From: Camelus dromedarius
Lineage: Eukaryota
NCBI RefSeq assembly: GCF_036321535.1
Contig: NC_087437.1
Location: 93,622,001 to 93,686,000 of the forward strand
Direction: 5' to 3'
DNA length: 64,000 bases
Part shown: one piece after another, positions 39,541 through 52,175 of the stretch
Layout of the letters: every line of letters starts with the position of its first letter
Numbering within the stretch: position 1 is the stretch's first letter
Translations under genes and position numbers: made by a program
Notes under the pieces: generated by a model
The model's database searches: none
Told to the model about the DNA's origin: nothing
The model's input: the letters and a program-made list of their open reading frames with translations, nothing else

Positions 39541-41194
39541 AGTAACATTGTAGCTTTTAATCTTTACTAATTGCAATTTCAAAAGTCATTTATATCAGTA
39601 TGACTATCAAATTAGAAGTGAATGAGTAAAACAAAAACAAACCTTTTCTGTTCTTTAACAAATTCGAAATTTATGAAAATAAACCACTTCTGATCATTAA
39701 TGAATAGCAATTATATTGATTTTCTATGAATCAGAGCAAGATATTTCAAATAAACAAAAACAGAGATATTCTCTTTAGACGATACTTGATTTTATCCCTC
39801 CAAACATGTGAGGATCTAACATTCTTAAAAAATCTTGATTTATGCCTTAGAGAGCAAAGTATAAGCCAAGGATAATTCATTGACCTGACAAAAACTACGG
39901 CAGGAAGAGAAAAAAGTCAATGGGACTTGGTGATAGTTTATCACTCACAGTGACTGGGTTTATCTCTGGGCCAAAATCAATAATGATGGGGAAAAAAATA
40001 CTTAGATGGGAGAATGTTCTGAATGTCTGACTAGTTAATATGTCTATCTGCTTTTATTTTACTTTTTTAAAATCCAGTGCAGCATTCTTAATGAGGTACT
40101 AGTATGACAATACATAAAGAATGCAGTTTATCTTTGAACGATGACAACACTAAAATTAAAGTCAATTTTCCGTCGAGTCATTCATACATCTAGTCACAAT
40201 TTTAGTCTACCATTACATCTAGCAATAATAAACATATGCAGTAGTAAAATAAATGACAAGACACTTAATTGTGTTAAATATTGTTTAACCTCAGAATTAT
40301 AATTATTACCTGTTGTCCATAAAATCACAGCTCAATTGGATTTTATGAAATTTTTCATTAGTCTCTTTTCCTGATAATACTTATTCAAAATAATAAGAAT
40401 CAAAATTGTTGCTGCCATTTAATCTTGGAAACTTTTAAAAGATTATCCTCCTTTTGCCCTAAATGTAGTCTTTTATTCTTATTTAAATTTTTAATGTGTA
40501 TTTATATAAAAAAGGCAGCATGTCAATTATGTCTCAGTAAAGGTGCAGGGAACAAAAGGTAACATCAATAGTTATTGACCAATCTTAACGTGATGGATAA
40601 TTCATACATGACATGACAGGAATATTCCCCAGTGTTGGAATTGGTTAGACCTAGGATTGGCCTGGAAGAATTTTCTCAAGTAAACTTACTAATTTTGGTA
40701 AACAGATGGTAATACTGCTTTGATATCACATACTGGTCTTGATGTTTTGCAGCAAGAGTAGTAGCCAAAGTATCAGCATTTTGGAGGAAAGCCATCTAAG
40801 TCCCAATTTGCATAGAGTGACAGCAAGAAAGTCGGGGATACTTGCACACAAGTTGCACTGCAAGAAAGAAACTCTGAACGTAGCAAATCTAAGTTTTTTT
40901 ATGTTGAGTACTAAACAAATCTACTCTCTGCTATGGAAAAATATACTTTATCTTTAAAGGCTGTTTTCTATAGGAACACCCTTGATAGTCCAATACAAGG
41001 GAATCAGTACTTTTATTCACAATTTTGGGTAAAAGTGAAATCCATGGGAAGTTTTCCCCCAATAATCCTTTTCTCAGTTCCCAAATAGAGACAATTTTTG
41101 GATTCAGAACCCATTGCCAGAAGTCCTGACCATGTCCCTAGGAGAAGGACCCCCACAGCACTGTTTAAATATATATACAAGATGATTTTCATCT

Positions 41195-41375
41195 AAAGAA
41201 ATTAAGGGAAAAAAGAGAGAGAGACTAAAAAAGGAAGGAAATAATAAAGATCGGAGAAGAAATAAATAAAATAGAGACCTAAAAAACAATAGAAAATATC
41301 AATACAACTCAGCTTTTTTTTTTTTTTTTTTAAAGATCGGTAAAACTGATAAACCTTTAGACAGCCTCATCAAGA
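41195..41375 (+). mobile_element. L1 ORF2 fragment
   Basis: aggaaataataaagatcggagaagaaataaataaaatagagac...actgataaacctttagacagcctcatcaag corresponds to KEIIKI..EINKIE / DKPL. Confidence 0.8.
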
Positions 41376-41449
41376 GGTGTCTGTTAGGAATCATTTTGCT
41401 AGAAGTGTTCATAATCAGCTATTTGGATATTTGTTTTCACTATTTAAGG

Positions 41450-42330
41450 TAAATAAACGTAGGATTTCTTGTTCATATAATAAATGTATTTTAAACATTT
41501 TGGAACAAATCATTTATAAAGTGGCTGCAATGCTTAACATACCTAATAGCAATGTATGAAGGTTCCAGTTTGTCCACATTCTCATTGATGCCTGTTACTG
41601 CCTTTCTGTTGTAATCATGCTAGCGGATGTGATATGGCATTTCACTGTAGTTTTGACTTACATTTTCCTAATGACTAATGTCGTTGAGCATCTTTTGCTT
41701 TTTTATTAATTGAAGTATAGTAGATTTACAATATTATGTTAGTTTCAAGTGTCCAGCATAGGTTTCAGTATTTTTGCAGACTGTACTCCATTATAGGTTA
41801 TGGCAAGATAATGGCTATAATTCCCTGTGCTGTACAGTATATCCTTGTTACTTATCTGTCCTATACATAATGGTTTGTATCTGTTAATTACATAACCCTA
41901 ATTTGTCCCTTTCCCCTTTCCTCCTCTCTTTGATGTATCACATATCTTTAGTAAAATGAATCTTCCAACCCATGAAAATCCAATCACTTTGTTACATTTA
42001 TTCTTTATTATTTTATTCTTTTTGAGGTATTATGGTTAATGAAATTTTATGTATTATTGTTAATATTTTCTTAAAATTTTTCTTATTGTTTACTGCCATT
42101 ATATAGAAAGATAATATAAATATTGACATTGTATCATCTGACCTTGATTAACTTGTTTTTTAATTACAGTCAGTTGAACATTGTGCATATTTCTATTTAT
42201 ATGTTGCTGGATTTGGTCTAATAATATTTTGTTGATGATTTTTGCATATGCTGATTAGGGATGTTGGCATGTAGGTTAATTTTCTTGAGATTTCTTTTTC
42301 TAAACTTAGGTGTCAGGGTAATACTTTCCT
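41450..42330 (-). mobile_element. Old L1M fragments with a nested younger L1 3' end (~41698-41930)
   Basis: gcaatgtatgaaggttccagtt...cattttcctaatgactaatg, and ttaattgaagtatagtagatttacaatattatgttagtttc. Confidence 0.8.
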
Positions 42331-42990
42331 CAGACATGAGTTTCTGTCCATTTTTGTTTTGTTAGACTTTGTTCTCCATATAGTTTGTTGTCTACTGCTA
42401 TGTCTCTATGTTTGTGAAACTTTTCTTTGACAGTGTCTAATCTGCTGTAAATCCTATCTTGGTAAAATTGTTTAATCTCACATATGATCATTTTCATCAC
42501 CAGAAGTTTGGTTTTTGTCATTTTTATATCTTCTGCATTTCTATTTAACATGATCAAGTGTTCCTATTCCTATTACCTAAAGCATTAATAGCCCTTTTAA
42601 TGTTTTATCCTATTAATCCCATCATCTTTCCATGTCTGTTTCCATTGATTGATTTTTCTCCCCATTATGGGCCGTATTTTCCTCCTTTGAGTGGCTTGTA
42701 ATTTCTTACTGGATAGCAGATATTGTGAATTTTACCTTGTTTGGTGGTGAATAGTTTTGTACTCTTATAAATACTTTTACTTTACTTTGGAGTGTGGTAA
42801 ATTCCTCAGAAATGATCTGATCCTTGTAAGTTGACATATAAACTCTGTTAAGCAGGACCAGAGCAGCCTTTAGTCAAAAGCTAATTTTTCCCAACTGTTG
42901 AGGCAATAACCTTCTGAACACTTACCCAATGCCCTTTAAATTATAAGGATTTTCCACCTTACTGGTGGGATTACAAACTATCCTCTACTG
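42330..42990 (-). mobile_element. Old L1M ORF1 (coiled-coil) and 5' region
   Basis: ORF KTKLLVMKMIICEIK...DRIYSRLDTVKEKF...RDIA resembles ORF1p (ELKNTITEIK...NSRLDTAEEKISELEDIA). Confidence 0.7.
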
Positions 42991-45299
42991 CCTAATGTCC
43001 TAAGTCTGCACACTTTTTTTTTTTTTGCTCCTCATAGTTTGTTAAGGTTTTACTTACTTCTGTAGGGAGGATAAATCTGTTCCCTCCTACACATTTTGAA
43101 CTTCTATCAATCTTTTTCACGCATTATATTCCTGTCAACATCATAGAAAAACAATGGAGGATGAAAAAAAGTTCCTTAAAATATATAGAACACTTAACAT
43201 TTATTCTAGCCTACCTATAAATAAAAATGCCTAAGAGATGATAGGTGACTTGCTCAAGGCCCAAACGTTGCTATGATAGAGACAGACAGTAATACAGGAC
43301 TTATTCTATTGATCCACAATTCTTTGAACTATCAGTGGTGTTTTCAAGAATCAAATGAAAATCAGTAAATATGATATTCTAATAATGTGGTTTTAAATAT
43401 AATTTGATCTAAATTAAGTGCATTTATGGACAAAATTCTTAAAAGTATTTGTATTCTAAAAACAAAATAAAAGCCATCAACCCTCAGAATATTAGGAAAT
43501 TAAATGACACTAGAATTGTTTTACATAAGAAACAATATATTTTGCAAAAATATAATTTAGAAAATTAGCTAGATATTTTCTTTTCTAGATTAATATGATA
43601 ATGTCAAAATGAGGAGAAATGAAGAAAAAAACCGAAGGTAAAATAATCTGTTTTACAGTCTTCCAAATCACCTCTCTGATGTACCTAAATGAAAAAGGAC
43701 ATCAGAAATAATCATCACAAACATTGCTTTTAAGTAGCAATCAGCATATAAATTTTGATGACATATTATATTCATTCCCTAATGAAAAATGTATATTATG
43801 AATCTCATTCATCTCACTCATGTTAGTGGCTTAGCATTTTGGGCTCCAGTAGAGAATTTACCTCATCATTTATTTCAGTTATTATCATAATTGATCATTA
43901 GCTTACAGTAAAGTAATTTATTAGGAGTAACAGATATATTATTTGCAGCTATTAATAACCCTAAATGTTCTCGTTATGATTAATCTCCATGGACCAAGAA
44001 ACTTAGATGAATACTCTGAAGAGAAGTGGGTGGCTTTCATATGATCTATAAGTCATGTTACTATAGTAACCTTTTATATAACTAAGACGTATAGCCTCGT
44101 GTGCCTAGGATGAAAATGGAGTCAAATGGCAAGTCAAGCTAAACTCAGTATCTTAATTTGCAAATACACAATTGCATAGGAAAACATGCATTACCATACC
44201 TGTTTATTATGTTATCCTCAGGTTCAGCTAGGTTAAGATATAGTGCTCACTGGGAGTTCTAATTCATATTAGAATAATGAAAGTGTTTAATAATTTCCTA
44301 GTAAACTCATAAGAAATCTCAATAAAAAGGGTAAGATTTTAAGATGAAGAAATTTTGCAGTCAGTGAATAATAAATTGTGATTAAATAAGGATTAAACAA
44401 AAGTAGAAGCCCCAAAGTGTGGGCATATTTGAAAACTTGCAAAATTGTTAAACTATAAAATATTAGGATAGGTTTGGTCCAAATAATGTACTGTTGCCAG
44501 AACACTGAGTTTCTGACATACTGTATGATTATAATACTGTAATATGAAGAGTTTTAATCATCTGTAAGTGACTAGGACATTATTTAAGAGACTTTTTGGC
44601 CACTGATGAGAAGAGATTTACTTCTTGATAAGCCCCAACTGAACAGTTTATTTTCATGGAGCAGGCAGTCAGTTATTCAGCCCTGTAAGGGACAAATATG
44701 AGTCATATCATTTTTCAACAAAGCTAATTTATTTTCTACTCAAAAAACAGATTAATTTATAGTCTGAGATAACTACCAGAGGGAGAGTTCTTAAACATTT
44801 TAAAACTCTGAACAATACAGAATCCTCTCCAGCGGTCTTAGGAGGGACAAATATTGTAAAGTTTATATGTTGACATACTTCACAGATAAAACATAGTCAG
44901 TGTTTTCCTGAGAGTGAGGTGACTTGGCAGTCTTTTTTAAACCCCAAACCATTGACAGTTAAGATGTCCCATAACATCTTTTCCTTTCCATTTTGATTTC
45001 TGAGATTAAGTTACAAGCAAAAACATCTTCCTCAATGTCCAATAAAATTTTTCTGAAGTAGCAAGTATACACAATCTATCATGGCGCAAAACAGGATAGA
45101 AATACTTTACAAATATGTTTACTAATGGGTCATCTTACCTATCTTGGGATTGTCTCACCCAAGTTTTTTGGTACTATGTTCTCCAAGTTGCAATTTACAT
45201 TTACTTCTAGGGCAAACTTACATTTCCACAATCATCTCATGGAAAATAGCCAAGAGCCTCACACGCTTGAGGTAGCAGGAAAGAAAAATAAATCTATTC

Positions 45300-45500
45300 T
45301 TAGTAAATATTTATTTTACTGTGTACAGTGTGCACAGTAATTTGTCATTGTCTTCTTAATCCTTGTAATAGAACTGGGTATTATATTGATAACGTGCTCA
45401 TTTACAGATGAGGAGACCTCAGAGCTTAAATGAATTCCTCGAGAGCAAGCAACCAATAGGTGAATAACTTTAAGCCAACCTTCATGCCTAATATCCTACT
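45300..45500 (-). mobile_element. MIR SINE
   Basis: ctcatttacagatgaggagacctcagagcttaaatga is the reversed MIR core. Confidence 0.7.
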
Positions 45501-46679
45501 CACAATGAACTTTTAGTTCTGCACCATTTTAGCATATTTTAATAGTGTGTTACAGTGCAATTGTGAGCTAAGATAGGCAGTCTTTGTTTTTAAAGATATG
45601 GAGTATTTATCCACAATGAAAAAAAAATAACCCTATCAAGTACTTACTGTATAGTATACACCATGTTAACTCCTATGAAAATACAAACAAAAATGAAACA
45701 ATTAAATTAAGACAATTATTATTGTCCTACTTTTATGTGTTTTTTTCAAAGAGAAATTGAGTAGTATATTCACAATAAAGTTATTACCTGCTTTTTCTTT
45801 TTTTTTTTTCTTTTTCTTTTTTTTTCCTCCAAAGAGCAAGCCTGGGACTGATTGCCCTGAATTATCTAGAGTAATTCCATGGTCACACAGCTGTTTTTTT
45901 ATTTTCCCTCCTTTGTGAAATTTAACTTCCTTTTAGTTCCTGATTTTTCTTCAAATTGTGAGATATTTTCTTGTAATAAATAATTTAAAAACCTATCCTT
46001 TGGCACTTTCTTATCTTTCAATAGTTGCTTGGAGACAGTGTGGAGAAGAAAATACACAGGAAAGAGAAGGAAGATGAAAGAGATGAAGAAAAAAGAAAAA
46101 TCTCAGATTTCGTTAATGAAGGACTTGAAAAAATTGACATTTAGTTTTTTAAAATAACTAATGTTAAGAAAAGTACTTTATTCATTTAATCATTTATTTG
46201 AAGTCTATTTATTGTTTTATTATTTTTTAATGGATCTAACCCTGGGCTTTCTGTGGTGATAGAGTAGCAGATAAGACAGAGTGAAAATTCAGTTGAGCAT
46301 TTTTTGTAAGTTTAGAATGTCTGCTGATTATTTAGAGTGTGTGCTCTCATGCTTAGCTATATTTATCCATATATTCTAAAGCAAGGCTTGAAAACAGCTG
46401 TATCATACATTTCAAATGAATCTATCCTATTATCCATTACTGAATAATAGTAAACGACTAATTGTCCCCCTCAAAGTACAGAGTCTTGCTTTGATTTTTG
46501 TGTTCCCTTACTTGCCATTATTACACTAACATTGTAAGAATGAATGGGAACATCTTTCTCAAACACTGTATTAGTTTGAAAAGATTACTGTTCCAGAATA
46601 GCATCACCACCTAAATGTTAGGCAGTTGAAATACTCTAGGATTTTTGGCACAGATGGCCTGTTAGCATCCAGACCTTAT

Positions 46680-47345
46680 AAAGCTGTAGGCATATATCCT
46701 TTATAGGGTATGATTATGTGACTACGGATCAAGCACTAGGAACCTGCAAGTGCCACCGTATAACTTCCTGAGCATTTAATTATTGGAATAATGCTAGCAA
46801 CTTATAAGCCTTTTACTATCCTTTATGGCCTTTTCAAGTATGCAGGAAATATTTCAGACTTGCATATGCATCAGCCATGATGAGCTACCTGTTTTGTTAG
46901 GTATTTAAGAGAAAGTATTTTCAAGAAAATATGCTAGCACATGTTATAACTGCTGAACCCATCACAGTGCCACTTTTCATATTGTTTTATGGGCAGTGAA
47001 ACAAGGTGCATTATGACTACAGGGAACAATAATTCACCAGAGGCTCTGTTTTTTACTTAGCCTGCACACTGAATTACGGAGGCAGATTGTTTCTTGGTGT
47101 TTGCTGAAATTTATAGCGTGTACATATTTTTTCTGTAAATGTCCTTTCAACTGAACGGTGTTACATAAAACTCAGGGGGGTTCTTGTTGGACAGTGGGTG
47201 GGGGACGGGTGACAAATGGTTTATACAGAATTCTGACTGATGCTGTTTTAAGCAGTTATAGAGAATGTTTTAACCTGGATTCAACAAATGTATCAATGAA
47301 AATAAATACGATTGGTATAGGGCGAACAGAGACAGCTTGCACAGC
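46680..47345. promoter_or_regulatory. Candidate conserved enhancer with HOX/CDX and SOX motifs
   Basis: Non-repeat sequence with 8 CpGs, several TTTAT(G/A) sites and AACAAT/ATTGTT sites. Function is inferred only. Confidence 0.35.
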
Positions 47346-49984
47346 ATGAATTTAGTCTCTGAGATCTTCTCTTATCTCAGTCCTCCCCATTCTGTGCACT
47401 CAAGCCCAACAGTTTTAATTGAGCACCAATCTTTTACTCTTCAAAAAGTTTTAAGATATACAGTGCATACACTCCCAGGAAAGGCAAATTTACACTTAAT
47501 TTCACACTACACCGTGAAGGTATGATAACATCTCATATCCAGCTGGTGAGCTTTACCTGTCTTACAAAACCTAAACCCTGATAAGTCTGCCCTCTGAGAA
47601 GTGGTCCATGTTAGTAGGTTAGCTGATCATACTACTTTGCATTTAAATTATCAAGAAAAATGAATTAAGGATCAAATTTTCAGATGAAGGCAGGCAGAAA
47701 AGAAACGAAAAAAAGGATAGAACTTTAATTTTACTCTGTGATGATTTTTCCAGTGCCTTCTCCAACCTAGTTTCCTCTTTACTCAAATACACTCTCAGTG
47801 TAAACGAATCAGTCTAAATCATAACTGTAATAGAATATGCATCTAAGATACACAGAATCACTTTGGAGAAATTCCTGGTTTCTACACCTTCCATCAAGAA
47901 AATATGATAAGTTTCTTCTTACCTCATTATGCTTCCTTGATTCCTTGCTCTAAATTGAAATAATTAAAGTTGTATAAAAAAGGGCTTATGTCAATAGTTT
48001 ATAAAACACATCTCTTAAATTTTAGAGAACAATCTGCAGAGAAATAAGAAAAAAAAAGACAATCCTTAAAACCCAATAATTGTCAAGGTAATAATCAAAA
48101 CTTGAGTGCACACAAAAACTTCTTTATTGGAAAACCATAATATATATCCCACCCAGCCTTTTATTTTCAATCTTGGAATAATAAGTGCATACTATCAAAG
48201 GAAAATGACCTAAGCAGAATCACTTCTTTGAAAAGTAGTTATTGGGAAATGGCTTAGTTAGAAAACACAGGATTATAAAAGCTAAATGAAAACCCTAAAC
48301 ATTTAGGAAAGCATGTTATAGGAGGTTCTGTAGTGTTAACTATTGTTTTATAGAACATTGTGAGTAAAAAACATGTCTGGGATCTGGCTTATAGTATGTA
48401 ATTTGTTTAAATGACTTCAGTTGAAGAAAGATTATATTTTATATTTAAATTCATTTTATAGAAAAAGTAAAAATATTCATTGACAAACTGCAAAAAAAGA
48501 TTCATAATATCTGATGAATCAAAAAAATGATTCATCAAAAATTGTGACTTCTGACATTTTCTAACTGATTAACTTCACTTATCAATGAAGACATAAAGAC
48601 ACTAGAGAGTGTATGTAATGTTTAGTGCTGGAGAGAGAGTAGGTTGAAGCAAATAGAACTCTTATCTCCTGTCTAAACTCTTTGGTTAGAAATTCTTTTG
48701 ATATACAAAATTGTTTTTTTTTAAGACAACCATACATAAGTGCTATCAATGTTAGATGATCCATTAGTATCTCATATGTCAAACTAGAATATGACTTCCT
48801 CCATAATGCTGAAAACAGTGATCCAAAGAAACGTAGCACAACAAACTCCTGGCTACTGGAGTAGTAATTTTATTCTATCCACTTCAGTTCACAGTACTGT
48901 GGGGAAATATTAAGGTAATCAGAATATTTCCTAGTTACACTTGAACCATTTTTTCCCTCAGGAAAAAATAAAATAAAACAATAAAATATTCCAAAGAAGC
49001 AGTTACTTAGATGACTGGGCTTGCATCCTTGTGTTGTTTTACTAGTTTTCACTGAATGTGTTGTAAAAATAAAGTGGGATTCATGGCATCATTATTCTAC
49101 AGAATTTTATAATATATTGAAAAAAAAGTTACTGCTATACAAAGGCAGCTAATATCCTTGCCCCCAAAATACAAAATATACACAAAATTGGTGTCAGATT
49201 TCTTAACAGATGTGTAATGTTGGTAAGATTTTAGGAACTTAGTGAAGATTATGATAAAATAATTCTGTTAAAAAAGAAATTCACTATTTATTTAAATGAA
49301 AACAGCACATGAATTGCTAATGTTGGGTATCTGGCCTAGGTCCATTTGTTAACATATCTGCATTTATTTTAACATTAATTGTTTCACTAAAGTTAACCTT
49401 TGGCAGTCACTTACCTTGTATAGGAAATGGTCTTCTACAAACTACTTAGAAATCGATCATTGGTTATTCTGTGATCAATATCGAGGTATTTTAATTCAGA
49501 GTAAACCTGATATGATCTAAACTTATGATTTATCCTTTATATTTTCAAGATCATTTTCTGAAAAGAATACTTTTTAAAGCTTATTGTAGAAGAGTTGGCA
49601 TATGTCTTTTTCTTTCACTGAGTGTTAATAGAATGTACATGGCTCATTTCTAGTGAAGACACCATTATTCTTTGTTATGACCTACATTCTACAAGCATGG
49701 GATCTGTATGATTCTACTGCAGAGTATGAACACATCATTTCTACCTTAGAAAAACTTATGTAATTCTTGATCCCAATTTGCCAGACTTAAAATTCCATTA
49801 CTATGACATTAATCATGTTTTATAAATATATTTTGTATTTAGTATTAATAGGAATGCCTGACATAGTGTTCTTTGTTTAGCTTTGGCAAATATCCAGTTG
49901 TGTTTACCTTTAACACTGTTGTTTTGAGTCAGATTATTAAGCTATCATCAATCAGAAAATTTGCCCTTTAAAGCTTGCAGTTCT

Positions 49985-50154
49985 GGGGGAAGGTATAGCT
50001 CAAGTGGTAGAGCTCATGCTTAGCATGCACAAGGTCCTGGGTTCAATCCCCAGTACCTCCTCTAAAATAAATAAATAAACCTAATTATCTTCTCCCATAA
50101 AAATAAAAAAAACTAAAAAAAAATTAAAAATAAAATAAAAATAATTAAAGAAAA
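49985..50154 (+). mobile_element. Vic-1-type camelid tRNA-Ala-derived SINE
   Basis: GGGGGAAGGTATAGCTCAAGTGGTAGAGC...GGTTCAATCCCCAGTACCTCC with A- and B-boxes, then aataaataaacctaatta and an A-rich tail. TSD core aaagcttgc at 49970-78 and 50155-63. Confidence 0.9.
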
Positions 50155-50164
50155 AAAGCTTGCC

Positions 50165-51230
50165 ATTGTGAGTTGTGAGAAATGTATGGATTCATGAAAC
50201 CCTATTACATAGAATGATTCCATTACTGGAAAAAAGTTTTCTCATGCCCCTTCGTAAGCACTCATTCCCCTTACCCTCAAACTTTGAGAGCCACTAATCT
50301 GTTTGTTTTTTCTAGAATGACGTATAAAGGGGGTAATCCTGAATGTAGCCTTTTAAGATCAGCTTCTTTCACTTATCAATATACATTGAAAAATCATCCA
50401 TGTTATTGCTTATATCAATAACTTATTCCTTCTTATTGCTGAATAGTATTCCATTTTACAGCTGTACCACAGTTGGTGTATCCAGTCATCATTTGAGAGA
50501 CATTTGTGTGATTTCCACTTTTAACAATTATGAACATAGCTACTATACATATTTGTGTGCATGTTTGTATATGAACATAAGTTTTCATTCCTCCTGGGTA
50601 ATGCTAAAGTGTGGATTATTTGGTCCTATGGTAAATGAATATTAAACTTTGGTAATAAATTGCCAAAGTGTAGTCCAAACTGGCTGTATGATTTTGCATT
50701 TCTATCAGTACTTTATAAGAGTTCTGGTTACTGCACATAATTTCCTGCACTTAGACTTTTTTGTTTGGTTGTTTTTGTTGGTTTTCTTGTTTGGTTATCC
50801 TCATAGGTGTAATGGAATTTCACCGTGGTTTCAATTTGTATTTTCCCAATGACTAATTTTGTATAGCTTTTTTTTATCTTTGTCTTATTTGTCATCATAT
50901 CTCTGATAAAGTATCTTGAAATATTTTGCCCATTTTAATTGTATTTGACTTCTCGTTGTTTAAGGCTCCTCACATAGTGTGGATATAAGTCCTTTATCAG
51001 AAATATATTTGCAAATGTTTCCTCTCAGTCTGAAGCTTATCTTTTCATTTTTTATTACATCTGTCTCAAAGAGCAGAAATTTATTATGTATTCATTAACT
51101 CATTCATTCATTTATTTATTTTGCATGCAGATATCTAATTGTTCTAGTACCATTTATTTAAAAAGACTTCTTTTTCTAATAAATTTTCTTTTCAGTTTTG
51201 ATAAAAGATCAGTTATGTTTAATTCTAGTC
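50165..51230 (-). mobile_element. Old L1M 3' UTR and ORF2 end
   Basis: gagccactaatctg...ttattgctgaatagtattccatt...caaactggctgtatgattttgcatt...ggatataagtcctttatcag. Confidence 0.85.
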
Positions 51231-51407
51231 CTATCTCTTTCCTTGTTAATCAGTTATGTTTGGCTTGCGAAACAGTCTTTCTCAATACTTCTGACCTACC
51301 CTCGACTTTCTACTTACCCTGTGTGCCTATTATTCAAATGTGATCTCTCCCTATACTCTTGCCCCTCCCTCCATAGTTGACTCTGTTGCTTGTTATTTAG
51401 TGCTGGG

Positions 51408-51410
<3 letters not shown>

Positions 51411-51443
<33 letters not shown>
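51411..51443. repeat. (TG)n microsatellite
   Basis: Seen directly. Confidence 0.98.
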
Positions 51444-51445
<2 letters not shown>

Positions 51446-51449
51446 GCAT

Positions 51450-52175
51450 GTTCTCTCTCATTCTGGTCCAACATCATTCTTAGGCTACCTCTGTCTCTAC
51501 ATCTCACAATCACTTACTCAGTAATTCTGTTCTTGGTCAAACTATGTTGTGTGTCTTTGGTGGATCTTATCAGAGAAAGAATTCTCTACTCCTCTCCCAC
51601 TAGCAAAACCCTTTTATGGTCTGTACCTGTGGCAGGTATGTGCCCTTTCCTAAGCCTCTCTCCATGTCCTTGAGGAGACAGGGTAAGTTGCCTTTTCACT
51701 ACCTGCTTAAGGTAGAATTGTCTGAGATGGCCTTTTTGCTTTTCCCATGGGGGTCCCCCACTGTCTCCAGACCTTCACCACCACTGGAGGCTTTCTCTCA
51801 GCTCCCACTCTGTTGAATCTTTCTCATGAACAGCCAGTGAGTGTGGTGGAGAAGAACCTAGGAATGGTTATGAACTTCCCTTGTGTCTGTGGCTCCTATT
51901 GTTTTCTGTACTATTAAATTAACTACATTTAGACTTTTAGCAGTCTGTTGAACTTAGTTGCATTCTTCTTACCTGCGCCCAGAATCTTCTTATGTTACCC
52001 AGAATCTCCTCTCCTTTATTTGGCCACATGTGTGTCGGTGCTTGTATCCTGTCTCTCCTCGCAAGTCCCCATCTTTTTTTACATTTCAGACTACTTTCCT
52101 TTTGTTGTTAGGGTGGTAGCAGTGTTCTTTCCAGCTTTCTACATTCTAGATGGAAGTAGAACTCCTTCCAGGCAG
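51450..52175 (-). mobile_element. Probable old L1M 5' region
   Basis: ggtggagaagaaccta...ttgtgtctgtggctcc...cagtctgttgaactt...ttcttcttacc resembles old L1 5' UTR. Weak assignment. Confidence 0.4.

Noticed and set aside
49985..50061. tRNA-Ala(AGC)-like sequence
   Set aside because: It is followed by a SINE tail and A-rich tract, flanked by a TSD, and has a mismatched acceptor stem. It is a SINE head, not a tRNA gene.
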